Source of the DNA: an uncultured delta proteobacterium
GTDB taxonomy: Bacteria; Desulfobacterota; Desulfomonilia; Desulfomonilales; Desulfomonilaceae
DNA: 64,000 bases
Reading direction: 5' to 3'
Assembly (NCBI GenBank): GCA_963789265.1
Contig: CAWBKB010000001.1
Location: forward strand, 1,696,001-1,760,000
In this document: positions 21,238-34,600 of the stretch, one piece after another
Numbering within the stretch: the stretch's first letter is position 1
How the letters are laid out: each line of letters begins with the position of its first letter
Notes under the pieces: model-generated
What the model saw: the letters and a program-made list of their open reading frames with translations, nothing else
The model's database searches: none
What the model was told of the DNA's origin: nothing
Position numbers and translations under genes: made by a program

Positions 21238-22545
21238 CTAATCCGGTCCGGCGACCTCTTTGCTTCCACCCTCTTCAGTCCCAAAGATCCTATAGCCCAA
21301 GAGATGACGTCGCAGCAGATCCAGTGCTTGCATTGCCGCGAGTGTCTTCACCCACTCGCGAACTCCGGGTAGTAGAAAGCCCCTGCTTATAACTGCATCT
21401 TGCGTGGCCAGACCGAGGTAAAATGTCCCCACCGGTTTGTCCGGGGTGCCGCCGTCCGGGCCCGCGATGCCTGTGGCCGAAAGACCTATGTCGGCTTTAC
21501 CTACTCTGCGGGCTCCAAGAGCCATTTCCCTGGCGCAGCGATGAGACACGGCCCCATGTTCTCTCAGTGTTTCGGCCGACACCCCGAGGATGTCCATCTT
21601 CATATCGTTGGAATAGCTGACAACAGAGCCCATGAAGGTTTGCGAAGATCCCGACACGCGGGTCAACATTTCTCCCATCATTCCCCCGGTCAACGATTCA
21701 GCCAGAGCCAGAGTCAATCCTCTGTTCTGCATAAGTTGAAGCACAACCTCTTCCATAGACCGTCCATCGTTAGAAAGTACGTTTTCCTTGAGCCGCTCCA
21801 TCAGAACCCGCTCTTTTGCAGTCAGCCTTTGTTCGGCCTCTTGTTCGGTCAAGGCACGAACGTCCATTCGGAGCCTGATGATGGGAAACCTGGGCAAAAA
21901 GGCTAGATGGTAATCATCTTCATCACGGGAGACATCGGCAAGGATTTCCCCTAGCCTGGACTCGGTCATTCCGTACACATGAAGGGTACGGTTTCGGAAC
22001 ACTCGACCTGAAGAACCGAGACGCTCCGATATGGCTGGAATCCCTTTCAAACGAAGCATGTTCACCAATTCGCGCGGGACCCCAGGGAAGAACAATGCTA
22101 TGTGCCCCGCCTGTTCGATGATGAACCCCGGCGCGGTACCGTAGTCGTTGGGGATGGGAATGGCTCTTTCGGGGAAAAGAGCCTGCTTGGCATTGCTCGC
22201 TGCCATCGGACGACCCCAACGACGAAAGCGATCCTCGATGCGCGCTAACTGCTCGGGATCGGATTTGAGGGGAACTCCTAGAAAATCCGCCACCGCTGAG
22301 GCAGTTTTATCGTCTTCCGTGGGGCCTAAGCCACCAGACACGATCGTGATCAGTGCTCGTTCCATCGCGTGGCCCAGCGCGTCCCCGATGAGAAGGGGAT
22401 CATCGCCCACAGAGGACATCCCCTTTATGGCAATGCCGACGGCACTAAGCTCGCGAGAGATTGTCTCCCGATTGGTGTCTGTGATGACACCGTTCATAAT
22501 CTCGTTTCCGATCGTTAAGATCCAGGCTTCGAGGATGTTGTCCAT
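21238..22545 (-). CDS. cinA: CinA competence/damage-inducible protein (MocF-like + PncC NMN deamidase)
   Basis: TIGNEI, GGLGPTEDDKT, FPGVPRE, AESLTGG and TGIAGPDGG motifs. Confidence 0.93.
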   Translation of the reverse strand: MDNILEAWILTIGNEIMNGVITDTNRETISRELSAVGIAIKGMSSVGDDPLLIGDALGHAMERALITIVSGGLGPTEDDKTASAVADFLGVPLKSDPEQLARIEDRFRRWGRPMAASNAKQALFPERAIPIPNDYGTAPGFIIEQAGHIALFFPGVPRELVNMLRLKGIPAISERLGSSGRVFRNRTLHVYGMTESRLGEILADVSRDEDDYHLAFLPRFPIIRLRMDVRALTEQEAEQRLTAKERVLMERLKENVLSNDGRSMEEVVLQLMQNRGLTLALAESLTGGMMGEMLTRVSGSSQTFMGSVVSYSNDMKMDILGVSAETLREHGAVSHRCAREMALGARRVGKADIGLSATGIAGPDGGTPDKPVGTFYLGLATQDAVISRGFLLPGVREWVKTLAAMQALDLLRRHLLGYRIFGTEEGGSKEVAGPD

Positions 22546-25212
22546 TTAATGCGCCTCGTCCCAATTATTCCCCATGGCTGAATCCACCACGAGGGGTACC
22601 GAAAGCGGGTACACCCCTTCCATCTCCTTCTTCAGCAGGGCTGTCGCGTCTTTCGCTGATTCTTTCTCGACTTCCAGTATAAGCTCGTCGTGAACCTGAA
22701 GGATCATTTTCGCAGGCATGCGGCTTTCTTTGAGTGCTCTGTGAACCTTGATCATGGCCAACTTCATCAAGTCGGCAGCGCTGCCTTGCATAGCGGTGTT
22801 AATCGCGACCCTCCGCGCCGCCTGTTGGGCTATCCGGTTCGGATTTTTCAGGTCCGGCAGAAAGCGTTTCCGGCCCAGGATGGTAGTTACGAAGCCGTCT
22901 TCCGTAGCCTTTTTCGGCAATTCCTCCATGAATCTTCTTACGCCCGCGTAAGTTTTGTAATAATCCTCCAGATACTGCCGTGCCATCTTCATGCCCACGC
23001 CGATTTGCCCCGCCAACTTATACGGTCCCATCCCGTACATGATTCCAAAATTAATCGCCTTGGCCTTGCGTCTCATTTCCGGAGTGACGTGAGCGGGAGA
23101 ACACTCGAAAACGCTGGCTGCCGTAATTGCGTGTATGTCTTCGCCCGCGGCAAAAGCGGTCGTGAGTCGCTCATCCCCAGACACGTGAGCCATGATTCGC
23201 AACTCTATCTGAGAATAGTCGGCAGCCACAAAGACATAGCCGTCCTCAGGAATAAAGGCCTTGCGGATCTTGCGTCCTTCTTCAGTCCGAGCCGGTATGT
23301 TTTGCAGATTAGGATCGGATGACGAAAGCCGCCCAGTTGCGGCTACGGCCTGATTGTACGATGTGTGGATACGGCCGGTCCTGGGATTGACCAAATTTGT
23401 CAGAGAATCCACATAAGTTGACTTGAGTTTAAAGATCGAACGATAGTCCAGGATCTTGCGCGGTAATTCATGGTCAAGGGCAAGTTCTTCCAGCACTTCA
23501 AGTGAAGTTGAAGGTCCGCTCTTTGTTTTCTTGGACGCTTTCATGCCCATGCGCTCAAAGAGAATCTGCCCCAACTGTTTCGGTGAATTTATGTTGAATT
23601 GCCCGCCCGCAAGTTCATAGATCTCGGCTTCGGTCTTCTGGAGGATTTCACCGAACTCTTTTGAGAGCTGATTCAGATAAGCCGTGTCGATGCGAACTCC
23701 TGCAAGCTCCATGTCCGCCAGCACAGGGATGAGCGGCAATTCGATATCTCGGAAGAGGTCTCCAAGGCCCTCTTTATCAATGCGGGGGCACAAGATCGAG
23801 GCCACCCTGAACGTTGCTTCCGCGTCTTCACAGGAATATTCGGAAGCCCTGGGAATATCTACATCGGAGAAAAGAACCTGGCTTTTGCCCGTGCCGATGA
23901 GTTCCTTTATCGGAATCATGCGGTGTTCCAGAAAGATTTCGGCCAGGTCGTCCAGCGAATGCCCCCGGCGAGATGGATCGAGCAGGTAGGATGCGAGCAT
24001 GGTGTCACACTCGATACCGCGGATCTCGACCCCCTCCTTCTTGAGAACAATCAGATCGTATTTGATGTTCTGCCCCACCTTGGGGATCTCGTGATTCTCC
24101 AGAAGCGGCCGCAGCACCTCCAATACATCGTCCTTCTTCAACTGATTTCCTTGTTTGTGAGCCACAGGGATGTAGCAAGCTTTTCCGTCCTCAGCACACA
24201 TCGAAATGCCGACCAGATCAGCCCGCACGGGCTGTTCGGAGGTCGTCTCAAGGTCAACCGCAAACCTGCCTATTTTCTTGATCCCATTAGCGAAATTGCG
24301 AAGGTCTTCCATAGTGACAATTGTGCAATAACCCGAAAAATCCAGGGTCCTTTGTGCGGGCAGGTCCCCCATGAGCCGCTTGAATTCCAGTTCTTTGAAA
24401 AGCTCTCTGAGTCGGTCTAAATCCGGTTCTACGATCTTCAACTCTTCCAGACTCGAAGCCAGGTTTACCGCACTGTCCAGGTGAATCAACTTTCGGCTCA
24501 GAAATGCCAGATCCCTGTTTCCGGCCAATTTTTCTCTGACTTTTTTCTGGGTCACCTCTTCCAAGTGTGAATAAAGGTTCTCCAAAGTATCAAACTGCTC
24601 GATCAACTGAGCCGCGGTCTTTTGCCCCACACCGGGAACGCCGGGAACGTTGTCCGAACTGTCCCCCACAAGAGCCATAAAATCGAGAATATGATCCGGC
24701 GCCACACCGAACTTCTTTTTGACCGCTTCGGAATCATATATTATGTCCCTTTGAGGGTCCCACATCGAGACCCCTTCTTGGACGAGCTGCATCAGATCCT
24801 TGTCCCCGGATACTATTACTACTTGCCATCCTTTTTCCCTGGCCTGGTGAGTGAGCGTAGCTATAATGTCATCCGCCTCGAAGCCCTGTACGGATAGGGA
24901 AGGCAGTCGGTAAGCGTTTACTATCTCCTCGATTTTCGGGATCTGAAGCCTAAAGTCTTCCGGCATCTTCGGCCTATTTGCCTTGTAATCCGAATACATC
25001 TCGTGCCTGAAGGTGGGCCCCTTCGCGTCGAATACCATCGCGATTCGCTGAGGCGCCTTATCTTTCATGGTCTTCACGATCATATTTGTGAAGCCGAAAA
25101 CCGCCCCGGTTGGAAAGCCCTTGGAATTGGAAAGCCCACCCATGGCATGATAAGCCCGGTGGATATATGAACTTCCGTCAATGAGATAAATTTCTTCTTG
25201 TTTCTTAGCCAT
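22546..25212 (-). CDS. polA: DNA polymerase I
   Basis: IDGSS..RAYHA and EADD 5' nuclease motifs, DLETT exonuclease motif, DYSQIELR, KAINFGIMYG and QVHDEL polymerase motifs; ATG at 25212. Confidence 0.97.
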   Translation of the reverse strand: MAKKQEEIYLIDGSSYIHRAYHAMGGLSNSKGFPTGAVFGFTNMIVKTMKDKAPQRIAMVFDAKGPTFRHEMYSDYKANRPKMPEDFRLQIPKIEEIVNAYRLPSLSVQGFEADDIIATLTHQAREKGWQVVIVSGDKDLMQLVQEGVSMWDPQRDIIYDSEAVKKKFGVAPDHILDFMALVGDSSDNVPGVPGVGQKTAAQLIEQFDTLENLYSHLEEVTQKKVREKLAGNRDLAFLSRKLIHLDSAVNLASSLEELKIVEPDLDRLRELFKELEFKRLMGDLPAQRTLDFSGYCTIVTMEDLRNFANGIKKIGRFAVDLETTSEQPVRADLVGISMCAEDGKACYIPVAHKQGNQLKKDDVLEVLRPLLENHEIPKVGQNIKYDLIVLKKEGVEIRGIECDTMLASYLLDPSRRGHSLDDLAEIFLEHRMIPIKELIGTGKSQVLFSDVDIPRASEYSCEDAEATFRVASILCPRIDKEGLGDLFRDIELPLIPVLADMELAGVRIDTAYLNQLSKEFGEILQKTEAEIYELAGGQFNINSPKQLGQILFERMGMKASKKTKSGPSTSLEVLEELALDHELPRKILDYRSIFKLKSTYVDSLTNLVNPRTGRIHTSYNQAVAATGRLSSSDPNLQNIPARTEEGRKIRKAFIPEDGYVFVAADYSQIELRIMAHVSGDERLTTAFAAGEDIHAITAASVFECSPAHVTPEMRRKAKAINFGIMYGMGPYKLAGQIGVGMKMARQYLEDYYKTYAGVRRFMEELPKKATEDGFVTTILGRKRFLPDLKNPNRIAQQAARRVAINTAMQGSAADLMKLAMIKVHRALKESRMPAKMILQVHDELILEVEKESAKDATALLKKEMEGVYPLSVPLVVDSAMGNNWDEAH

Positions 25213-25279
25213 TATGCGCCTCGTATGGGAATACTTGGGCCAAAAAGAAGCGGGGCCACGGCAGCGGGCGAACGATACG

Positions 25280-28200
25280 CTATCGCGGCTCCGTGACAGT
25301 AATTCTCTCCGCACAGTCGAGAATGGACGAAAAGAGCGGGTGTTCCTCCAGCATGCGGCCATGTCCCAGGAGAATAAGTTTCGATCGTGCCCTGCTCAGA
25401 GAGACATTCAGCCGTTTCGGATCGGCGAGAAACGAGGTCACTGCATCTGAACGAGCCAGCGACAGTATTATAACTTCGCGCTCGCCTCCTTGGAAGCGAT
25501 CCACAGTATCGACTGACAGTGAATGCAAGTTGCCGCGTCCGTCCAAGAGTTGTCTGCGAATCAGGGCTTGCTGTGCCTTGTAAGGGGTGATGACACCTAT
25601 TTCGTGCGATGGTACGCCCCCGGCAAGGAGTCTCTCTACTATCTTGCAAACCACAGCCGCTTCTTCGGAACTGGCTTTCCCTGTGTCCGAGCTAAGGACG
25701 TCTGCAAATACCACCGGCCGCTCCGGAGCCACAATCTCCTCAATATTCGAGTCTCCGGACACTTGACGGTCAATCTTCAGGCGCCTGCCTACGGTTTCAG
25801 GCGATGGAAACAGGGTGCCGCCATAAAAGAGCTGAGAAGAAATCGCTTGCACCTCGCGATTCATCCTGTATTGCATGCGCAGGCACGAAACCCGCGACGG
25901 ATGCGAGGATAGAAAAAGACGCTCGAAGAGAGATTGCTCCAGTCCATTCTCCTCGCTAGCATCCCGATTTTGCTTCGGCGTCTTAACAACAGGTGGAAGC
26001 TGCAAATGATCGCCGCCGAGAATGAATTTGCGGCCGAACGTCAGCGGCCCCAGCGTTGCAGGCTCGTCGAGTTGACCCGCTTCATCCACTACGACACGGT
26101 CAAACCGCCTGCGCAAAAAGAACGGATGTGCCAAACACTGATACGCTGTTGCACCGATGAGCTTTGTCTCTTCCACTCGTTGCCGGAACCGTTTGAAATC
26201 TCTCTCTCGGGCGGCAAGCGTCCCCAGGAGGAAGGGGGGATTTCCGCCGAGTTCCATCGCGTCGAGAAACTCCTTCGAAAGAGATGGGCCGCTCCCGATA
26301 CGAAGAAAATCGCGCACCCCAAGGTTCATAACTGAAATAAGCAGTCGGTCGAGAGCCACGTTGGTAGGACATGCAACGAGCACGCTCTCTCCGCGATCCA
26401 AACATATTCGAATGAGTTGCGCGAGCACCCTGGTCTTGCCTGTGCCGGGCGGACCATGAATCAGATGGAAGGTTTCGCAGTCCAGTGCGGATTTAGTCGC
26501 AGCCTGCTGGTCCTCATTCAATTCATTTTGCGGAAGCTCTGATTGGTCAGGTGGCTGCGATGGGTCTATTGCTGTCGATTCTTTCGGTCTATCCCCGCCA
26601 TTGCGTGTGGCGTCTGACATCTCTAACCAAGGTCCCGCCATTGTAACAGAAGGTGCCTGTTGCTGCGGGGACACTATTGCTTCGATAACCGCGGGATCGG
26701 CCTTTTCGAAGAATCTGAAAAGAGCCTGTCGAGATACTTCACGGCCCCTTGAGAACGGAATCCGGTCCACAAACCAGGTGCGAGATGTCTCGAATGCCGG
26801 ATATTGGCTTGCAGTCGGTGGACTTGCGGAAAAAGGAGCAAACGGAACCTTGAGCCTCACAAGCGTTTGCCTCAGTTCGGAATCAATAACGCGACCGCGA
26901 ATGGCATCGGAACTGCAAGCGTCACCACTGTGAATGATGACTTCCTCACCCGGGCCGATATCCGCGGCCGAGTCTTCGAAAGACAATACAGCGACAACTT
27001 GGCCTGGCGTGGCCTTACCAGCTCGGGATGGGACAGCATCAGCCGGCCCTTCGGCCCCTGGCTCGCGGGGCGGTTCTTTGCCACGATTGCTTTTGGCTGT
27101 GGGCTCTTTGGAGCCGTCCAAAAGACTGATTTCCAGGACGGGGAACGTAATGCTTTCTTCCACGCGTTCTTTGAGTGTCCTCGCATCCAAAACTCTGGCG
27201 AACTCTCCTTCTTCGGCCCATGCATCACGGGACAAAAGACGCAGCCAACGATCGTAGTATTGCCGATTCGCTCCGTTCAAAAAAGGCTCATCATCGTGTG
27301 CGAGATCGCCGAAAAGCCGGGTACAGGCCGACCTGGAGAAACACCTCCCGTTCCTGGGGCAGTTGTATTCTACGGAGTCCGTGACTTCGAGTGTGTACGA
27401 GTATTTCAATGCAACAACCAGGTTACGCGCGTGCAGAAGTGTCCGTTCGATTCCATTATCCCGGCCGTTCAGTCCCTCGACCCTGCCGGAGGCTGAATAG
27501 AGTAGATAACCATCCGGTGCGCTATTGTCTGCATCCGAAGTGAAAAGAAGAGAATAAGCCTGGAGCTGAACGCGATGGTCCTTCGCCGGCATTTTCCCGG
27601 ACTTGAGCTCCAGAATCGCTGTGCGGTCACCATTATAAAAGATAGCGTCGGCCCGCCCCTTCAACCCCCACCTCGTGGACATCCGGTCCTTCTCGACTCC
27701 TACGAGAGAGAAGCCTTTACCCTCGGCTCTCAGCCACGATTTCAGATTGTTGAAGTGGGTCCTGGCCTCTTCCTCAAACTCTTTTTCATCGGGAAAGACT
27801 TTGGAGCCCGGGAGCACCGCCATAAGTGCCGGGAGAGCTTCCTGATACGCCTCTCGAAAGATGCTCTTGCAGGGGGCCCCTTGATTGTGCAACAGATGGT
27901 CGAAAAGTGTATGGACCAGGCGCCCCTTGGCCATCCAGAAAGGCTCCTCCGGCCCGACCCGATATCGCAAGTCGGCCGAACGAATACACGTAGCGGCCTC
28001 AACCGCTTCCGTGACGCTCACGAGGCGAAAGGGCTCCAATACGAGATGGCTTTCCGGTGTAACTGTATAAATGACGCTGCCGTCATCGAGTCTATTGTTA
28101 AGCTGAAGATTTAATGCAGCGATTCGGGCGCCGACCCAGCAAAGTAGGGGGAATTCATAGAGGTCTGCGCCTGCAAATTCAGGGAACATGAGAAACACAC

Positions 28201-28332
28201 GAGCAGAGTTGCCGTCGTGTGAAAGCTCAAGCCCTCGAAAGAGGTACCCCCGCGCGGGGCCTTCTTCGGTTCAGGAGAAATGCGGACAACCGCGCCCTGA
28301 ACGGATTCGTTATGTACTCCCTCGGCAGCCAT
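25280..28332 (-). CDS. Dna2-like PD-(D/E)xK nuclease + SF1 (UPF1-like) helicase; probable frameshift in the homopolymer at 28247-28251
   Basis: CIRS, GRLVH, LKGRADA, ELKSGK, QLQAY, C-x5-C-x5-C; helicase GPPGTGKT, DEAGQ, GDHLQLPP, QYRM, TVDRFQG, NVSLSRAR; adding one G joins ORF 28111-28332 to ORF 25280-28198. Confidence 0.85.
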
Positions 28333-28614
28333 TGCAATAAGGTATCACAGCCGGTAGGTACCGACAACTGATGGCAGCGGGGCGGATATGCTTTAGTGAG
28401 GTGACATTATTGATGTTATTTTGGAGATTGCGACATCGCCGGCTGCGAAAAGTATTGCGGGGGGCGAACCCTCTCTGTCGCTTAGCCGGCGGACAGCTTG
28501 GTCCAGCGACGATTTCTTAGGGAAGCGGAAAAACTCTCGCTCACCCTGCCTGATGCCGCTTCAATCTTCTTGACCGAAGGTATCCTCAGAGCCACGGCCT
28601 CAAGATCATGATCA

Positions 28615-31600
28615 TCATCGAAAAAGAATGTAGCGTCTTGAATCACGCCAATCATCTGGTTTTTGATCGTGGATGGACTTGAAATAACCTCGCTTCTCAT
28701 GAATGTGGGTGCACACTATTCTGTTATAGCGATTACATATTTCGGCAAGTAATTCACACCGCACCCGTAGCCTAACTCCGAATGAGAGCTTTTCACGAGT
28801 GTAGCTCTCATCTTGGTAACCTTCCTGCCACACTTCATAGGCTGCAACCCTTTGCCCATTCTTCAGAAGGTCGAAAACCTCGAATGAGAGTTCCAAGTCA
28901 CGTAGGATGAAAGAGGCCAGTGAACAGATATTCCGATACCCCAGGAAAGTAAAGGGATTCTCGTGTTCCGCAATGAGCGGAATACTTTCATGTCTGTCTA
29001 CATCCAGATTGTCGGTTCTCGTTCTGAGCAAGGTCTCGCGTGCTTGCGCAAGGGTAATTGCGCTTTCGAAATCAGTAATTGCGAACCGCTCTGATACGAA
29101 AGCAATTTCGTCCAACACGTTTGCCTCATTGTAGACCCCCGATGGAATCAAGAACGATTCCAGGGATATCTCTTGTCTATACGGCACGTTGTACTGCTCT
29201 TCCTGCGCCAGTGTGCGTTTCTCGAAGATGGTTATCCAATCACCGCCATCTATTGGCGTTGTACGGTCCTCAACATGCATGGATTCAAGTTCACCGAGTT
29301 CGCTGAACCATGCATCCTTATCTGTTACACGAAGAGGGGGAATATCTTTGGGCCTAGGTATCACGCCACGGGTAATATATTCAGGGTCAACCGTTTGAAT
29401 AGTACGGCAAAGCTGACCAATCTGGCTTTCAGTCAGCCTGAGCTTCTCTGTTGCCTCATCGAGAATGGACCATAGAGCTTTGGACGCTCGTTTCTTGGAA
29501 ACGCGTCGTGATCCATACAACTGGCCAGCCCTGAGGATGGACATGCCCGTCCCAATCGTCTTTGACGCGATCTCGTTCTTCATCAATTGACCAACCTTGA
29601 GTTTTTAGCCTATCCTCAATGGCTGCGATAAGACTTCCGACAGGAACACGCAGAATCTTGTCCAATGCTAGAACCCGTCGAAAGAAACCAGTCAATGTGT
29701 TGCGCTTCATAAACGCCATGAATCCCACTGAAGGATTTTGAGGAAGCCGGTAAGTCGGATAGGAAATGATGTGCGAGTATGCTTTTTCCACTCGGTCGAT
29801 CGAGATGAGCACCGACTCATCCAGCGTCGAGAACTCGGCAACGAGCCTTAGGATCCGTAAAGTTTCCTGGCGGCAGAAGAAGTCATTTCGGTCAAGGAGG
29901 CGGGCAACAGATTGTTGGTAGGCGGCCAGTGATGCAGGAACTTCATGCGCGAGACAACTGAGCACCACTAGTAATCTACTCTTCGTCCGTCCTGAAGAAT
30001 CTAACGCTCTATTCACTATACGATAAATGGTACTTTCCCGGCGCTCAATCGCCAGCCGTGTTAATGCTCTGACCAGCCTCTCGCCGAGATCGATCTCCGG
30101 TGTCTCAAGTTGATCAATGATGAAGTCCAGAACTAGCTGATTCATTTCCTCCGATGGCTCTTCGTACTGCTTCAACCATGAGTATTCCTCGTCTTGCGGG
30201 AGTTGTGCGAACATGGTCTCGCAATGTTCAAGGAAATCGTCAAAAACATGTTCAAGCATGAGCGATTCATCGAACACATCAAGCCCCGTCGCCGCAAAAG
30301 GCGGTGTGTCATGGCCTCCACCGGATCTGCGCGCGGAGTCATAACATTGCTTCAGTAAGAGTGTTTCAGCGGCCTGTCTGTTTGCTGACGCTACAACTGC
30401 GAGGTATTTCCTGCTATCTCGCCAGGGAAACCAACTTCTAGAACATCCATACGCGACCCCGAAACCGGCAATGGCATTGTCACTATCGCCTAATTCCAGG
30501 AAGCGCTCGGCCAAGGCTTCAATGACGTCGGCATTCTGCGATGGTCCTTGGGATTCCGCGTATTCTTTGATTGGGAGAAGGTCTGTCGCCGCCGTCGCTG
30601 CTGCTATGTGGTGCCTCAAAACAATGTCGATGAGATGCGGCTCGTAGAAAACCTTATTTTGCTTCTTCAGCTTATCGATTGTCTCCAGAAACACGGGAAA
30701 CGAGACACGGCACTTGCTTACCACGTCGTCGTTCGTGATAGTCTCCCCATCAAACGCATAGCCGGGCCGCCTCTTTGCCTGTGCCTCATTGCTTTTCGGC
30801 GTTTCACCATTCTGCTCAGTTTGTCTGTCCAGTTCCGGTTTCAGGTCCTGCGGCCAATGTCGGGGAGAGACATCCGACAGCACAAAATGCCTGAAGCGAT
30901 TCTCGAAGTCCTGGAACACATCTTCACGATCTGACTGTTTCACCAAGTCAACCACATGCTGCCGGATCCCCATAATTTGTTTGCAGTGTCGGCCGTCACG
31001 GCTGTCATGATTGGAAAATATTTCCGCGAGGCACCAAAGGCACTCGGGATCTCCTTCCGTTGCACTCATAATGTATGACTCCAGGCAGTCCTGCATCTGC
31101 CATCTTGCGGTTGTGCGGCAGAAATGTCTGAGCAAGTCAAACGCTGCCCTCCGATTTACGGCAAGAACAGCTTCAAAAACCTCCTTGACCAAGTATTTGG
31201 TCTCCCTGCCATCAGTCAAGTGGGGCATCCAGCGCACCATTGACAATACACGGGCGCACCGTTCCAGGGCCGTTTCCGGCTGCCGCCGATTTACTAGCTT
31301 AAGGACATCGATTAAGTATAGGAGGGTGAGGTCTTTGTGATACCCGTGAATCAGCGAAGAGCGGATGCCGTAGCGTAGCCACTTCTTAGCATCTGCCCTC
31401 ATTCCGCACTTAGCCATAAGGGCCGCAAGCTGGAGAAAATGGTCCGATCGACTGCCCCCCTTCAAGAGGGTTGAACTCTCATAGGTAATTGCACAGCTCT
31501 TCAGGATCGGGACCAAGCCGGGCCGCACCCCAGGGCTCTTTGCAAGGATTTCCCATAGCCTTAATTCAAAGGTATAATCTTGAATTGATTCGTCTATACC

Positions 31601-34600
31601 GAAGTGCATAGTCCAGAGCAGTGAATTGCGCAGAGATTCGAGTTCCGTCACCCAGTGTATCAGTCGTTCTGGATAGCGCCTTTCAACGCATTCGGTCAGC
31701 AGCCCAACGCTTAAGAGCAGTACGTCCCTTATGAGTTCAATCGATTCAGGGATTCTTTCGCCGTCGCCTTGCTCAGCTCTAACGAGTATGGCAATGCTCT
31801 GGCGAGCCTCTTGATACCAGTCATTCTCGTCAGAGCGTAGCGACCTCCCTATGCATCGGCCTGCCTCGAGGAGATGATGGAGGGCAGAGGCCCAGAGAGT
31901 ATGGTTCTTACCAACTAGGGTGCTGCGAATCTCATGGAATATCGGGTTTTCCTCATACCCAATTGTGATGAATGAGTACGCATACCATCTGAGCGTAGGA
32001 TCACTTCGGGAAAGATAATCGGGGCTTTCTGTCTTTGGGGCTTCTATTGGCCCAGCAACAGTAGCTACACCGGAAGGCAGAATCCCTGCTTTAGCAGCGT
32101 AGAAAGCAAGCTCCACATTACCGACCGGCTGCTCCTGCGACAAATACTCGGAAACATTTACCCTCAGCTCCTCAATGCGGTTGTGTTGAGCCAAAGCCCG
32201 AATCAACAAGTATCGCACGAGCTTGTGTGGGAAGAGTATCTTTACTCTCTTGAGCTTAGACCACTTCTCCACATGTCCGAAGTGGACAAGAGCGTCGATA
32301 TAAGCCTCTAACTGCGGTGCATATCCGGGAGCGAATGGGTCATTTTGTTCCAGGGTCCCGGGGGCCAGTCTGAACTGTGATAGCCATCGAAGCGCTCTGG
32401 GCAAGGCCTCCAAGTAAATTCCCAAACATCTCGCGATTCTAACGACCTGGGACTTGATGTCACTTCCGATTCGGGTATCGACGCCCCGGAACTCATCCGT
32501 GAATACCTCGAAGAGACGGTTTCCAAGCTCCCTCTTTCCTTCCTCTGCGAGGCTGAACATGACATCAAGCGCTGTGCGAGGTTCTATAAGCCAGCGATTG
32601 GCTTCCGCTGAATAGGCGAAGCTCATAACCTCCTGCTCGCGGCCTAGTGCGAGCAGTGCATTTGCGAGGAGAGTGTGATCGAGATTGTGTTCAAATCGCT
32701 CCCACGTTCGGTATCCTAACGGCCCGAGTCGACTGAGCCGTACGATATTGCGGCTCTTAAAGGCTGACTCGACGGCCCAGTGTATGGCATCCAGAATTTC
32801 CGGAGATGGCCTGCAGTGCATTAACGCACGATCAACGAACTCAGTGTTCACCTCCTCCAAGACGTATATGTAATCCTCGGCCTCGTGGGAGTACTCGAAA
32901 ACATGACTGAACCAACGGGGCGAATCCTTGTTGGCCTTGAGAAAGGATGCGATCTGACCACGTATCTCACGTAACCAATCATCAGAGATTTGACCAATCA
33001 TAAATTCGCGGAAGCTATTGTGGAAAACGGTCAACCTGTCTTGGGTGGGCCTCAGAAGGTGGCTCATGCATTTGAACGCGTCCTCGAACGCTGGCCGTGT
33101 CAGAGCCCCCTGTATTCGAAAGAGTTCATCCCTGTGCACACTGAAACGCAAGCAAGCCATGACGGCACACAGATGCCTTGCCTCACCCATGCCAACACGC
33201 TCAAATTCTTCCCACAAAAGCTCGTAGTAGCGACGTATGTCGCCTCCGGCCGCAGGGGCTAATGAATCCAAAGTCTCTGTTGGCGACTCACTCGCAATAA
33301 GTTTCTCCGCCACGTACCACAGATAAAGAGGCAAGCCTTCGCACTTCCTGTGCACCTTCACAATGTCGGCGTGAGACAGCTCTGAGAGTCCTCTCTTGGT
33401 GCATAAGTATTCCTCTGTCTCCGCTTCGGAAAAGAGGGGCATTTGGATATGGCTGCTTGGATTTTCTCTCGCGCGTTTAAGGAAATGGGGCCATTTGTGC
33501 AGCTCTTGGGTCCCCACAATAATGGTAACACCTGAGGGAACGTCGGGCGGAAGAGTTGAAATCACCGTGTCTCTGATTTCGGGCTGCAGTCGTTCAGCAT
33601 GATCCAATCCGTCCAGAAAAATTATGAATCTTCTGTTTTTCTGGGTGAAATGTTTGGCAAGGGTTGCCAGGCTTTCCAGAAAGTTACTTTCACTGTAATC
33701 GAAACGCCTTTTGAGGACGTTCGGATATCGCCGGTGGAACTCACTCAGAAGATTCGCACGAAGGCTTTCAGCCTGAACCCGCATTTTTTGCGCGTTATCG
33801 TTTACACCAACGAAACAGTAGTAGCTAAAGATCTCGCATTCGCGTCTGTCAAACCGGTTGAAGTACGTGGTCAATGAGGTGGACTTACCACTTCCGGGAA
33901 GGCCGGTGACAATCAGGTATCCGCCGCTGATCTCAGGCAGCACCCGGTCAAGTTGCTCTGAAAGGGACCGCTGCTCTACGAATTGCGCAGAGTTAACTGG
34001 GAACACTTGGGGCATAAGCAGTTTGCTCTGAAGTCTCTCCAGAAGCCTGTCTATCAAATAGGGTGTTATAGGGTCTCGGGAATAAAGTGCATTCTCCTTG
34101 ATGGCATCCCTGAGGTCAAAAAAGATCGAGTCCTCCGACAACCCCAACTCTTTGTCCAGAAAGTTTCTGATGTGCTGCTCTAGGTCCGGAAGCATTGGTT
34201 GTCGCAACATAAACCGGAACTCACCCAAGAAGGTGGTGAAAGGTTCGGCGTCGAGTCCTGAGGCAGTGGCTAGCTGCGAACGGATTTCCTTAGCATCCCC
34301 CCGACTTCGGTCCTCGATGACCTCACACGCAAATCCCGTTCCTTTCGCGTTCACAAGGTCTACTAGAGGTGCATCAAGACCTCGGTTGGAGCAAAGGTAG
34401 GCAGTACGCTTGTGATTGGGGAACCGTTCCCTCAATTTCTGCCAACTGGCAGCGAATTTTCTGATGCTAACAGGGCTCTCCGGGTTAAGGAAGTCAGCCA
34501 ACTCATAGACCGAAAGGGGTTTGACGGCATACTTGACTTGGTAGGCGAGGATATCTGATTCCTGGAAAAGAACGATGTCATCGAGGTTGCCAGACTTTTC

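Noticed and set aside
28615..29586. Separate 323-aa partner gene downstream of the STAND protein
   Set aside because: It overlaps the upstream ORF by ~130 nt and joins it seamlessly on removal of one A.
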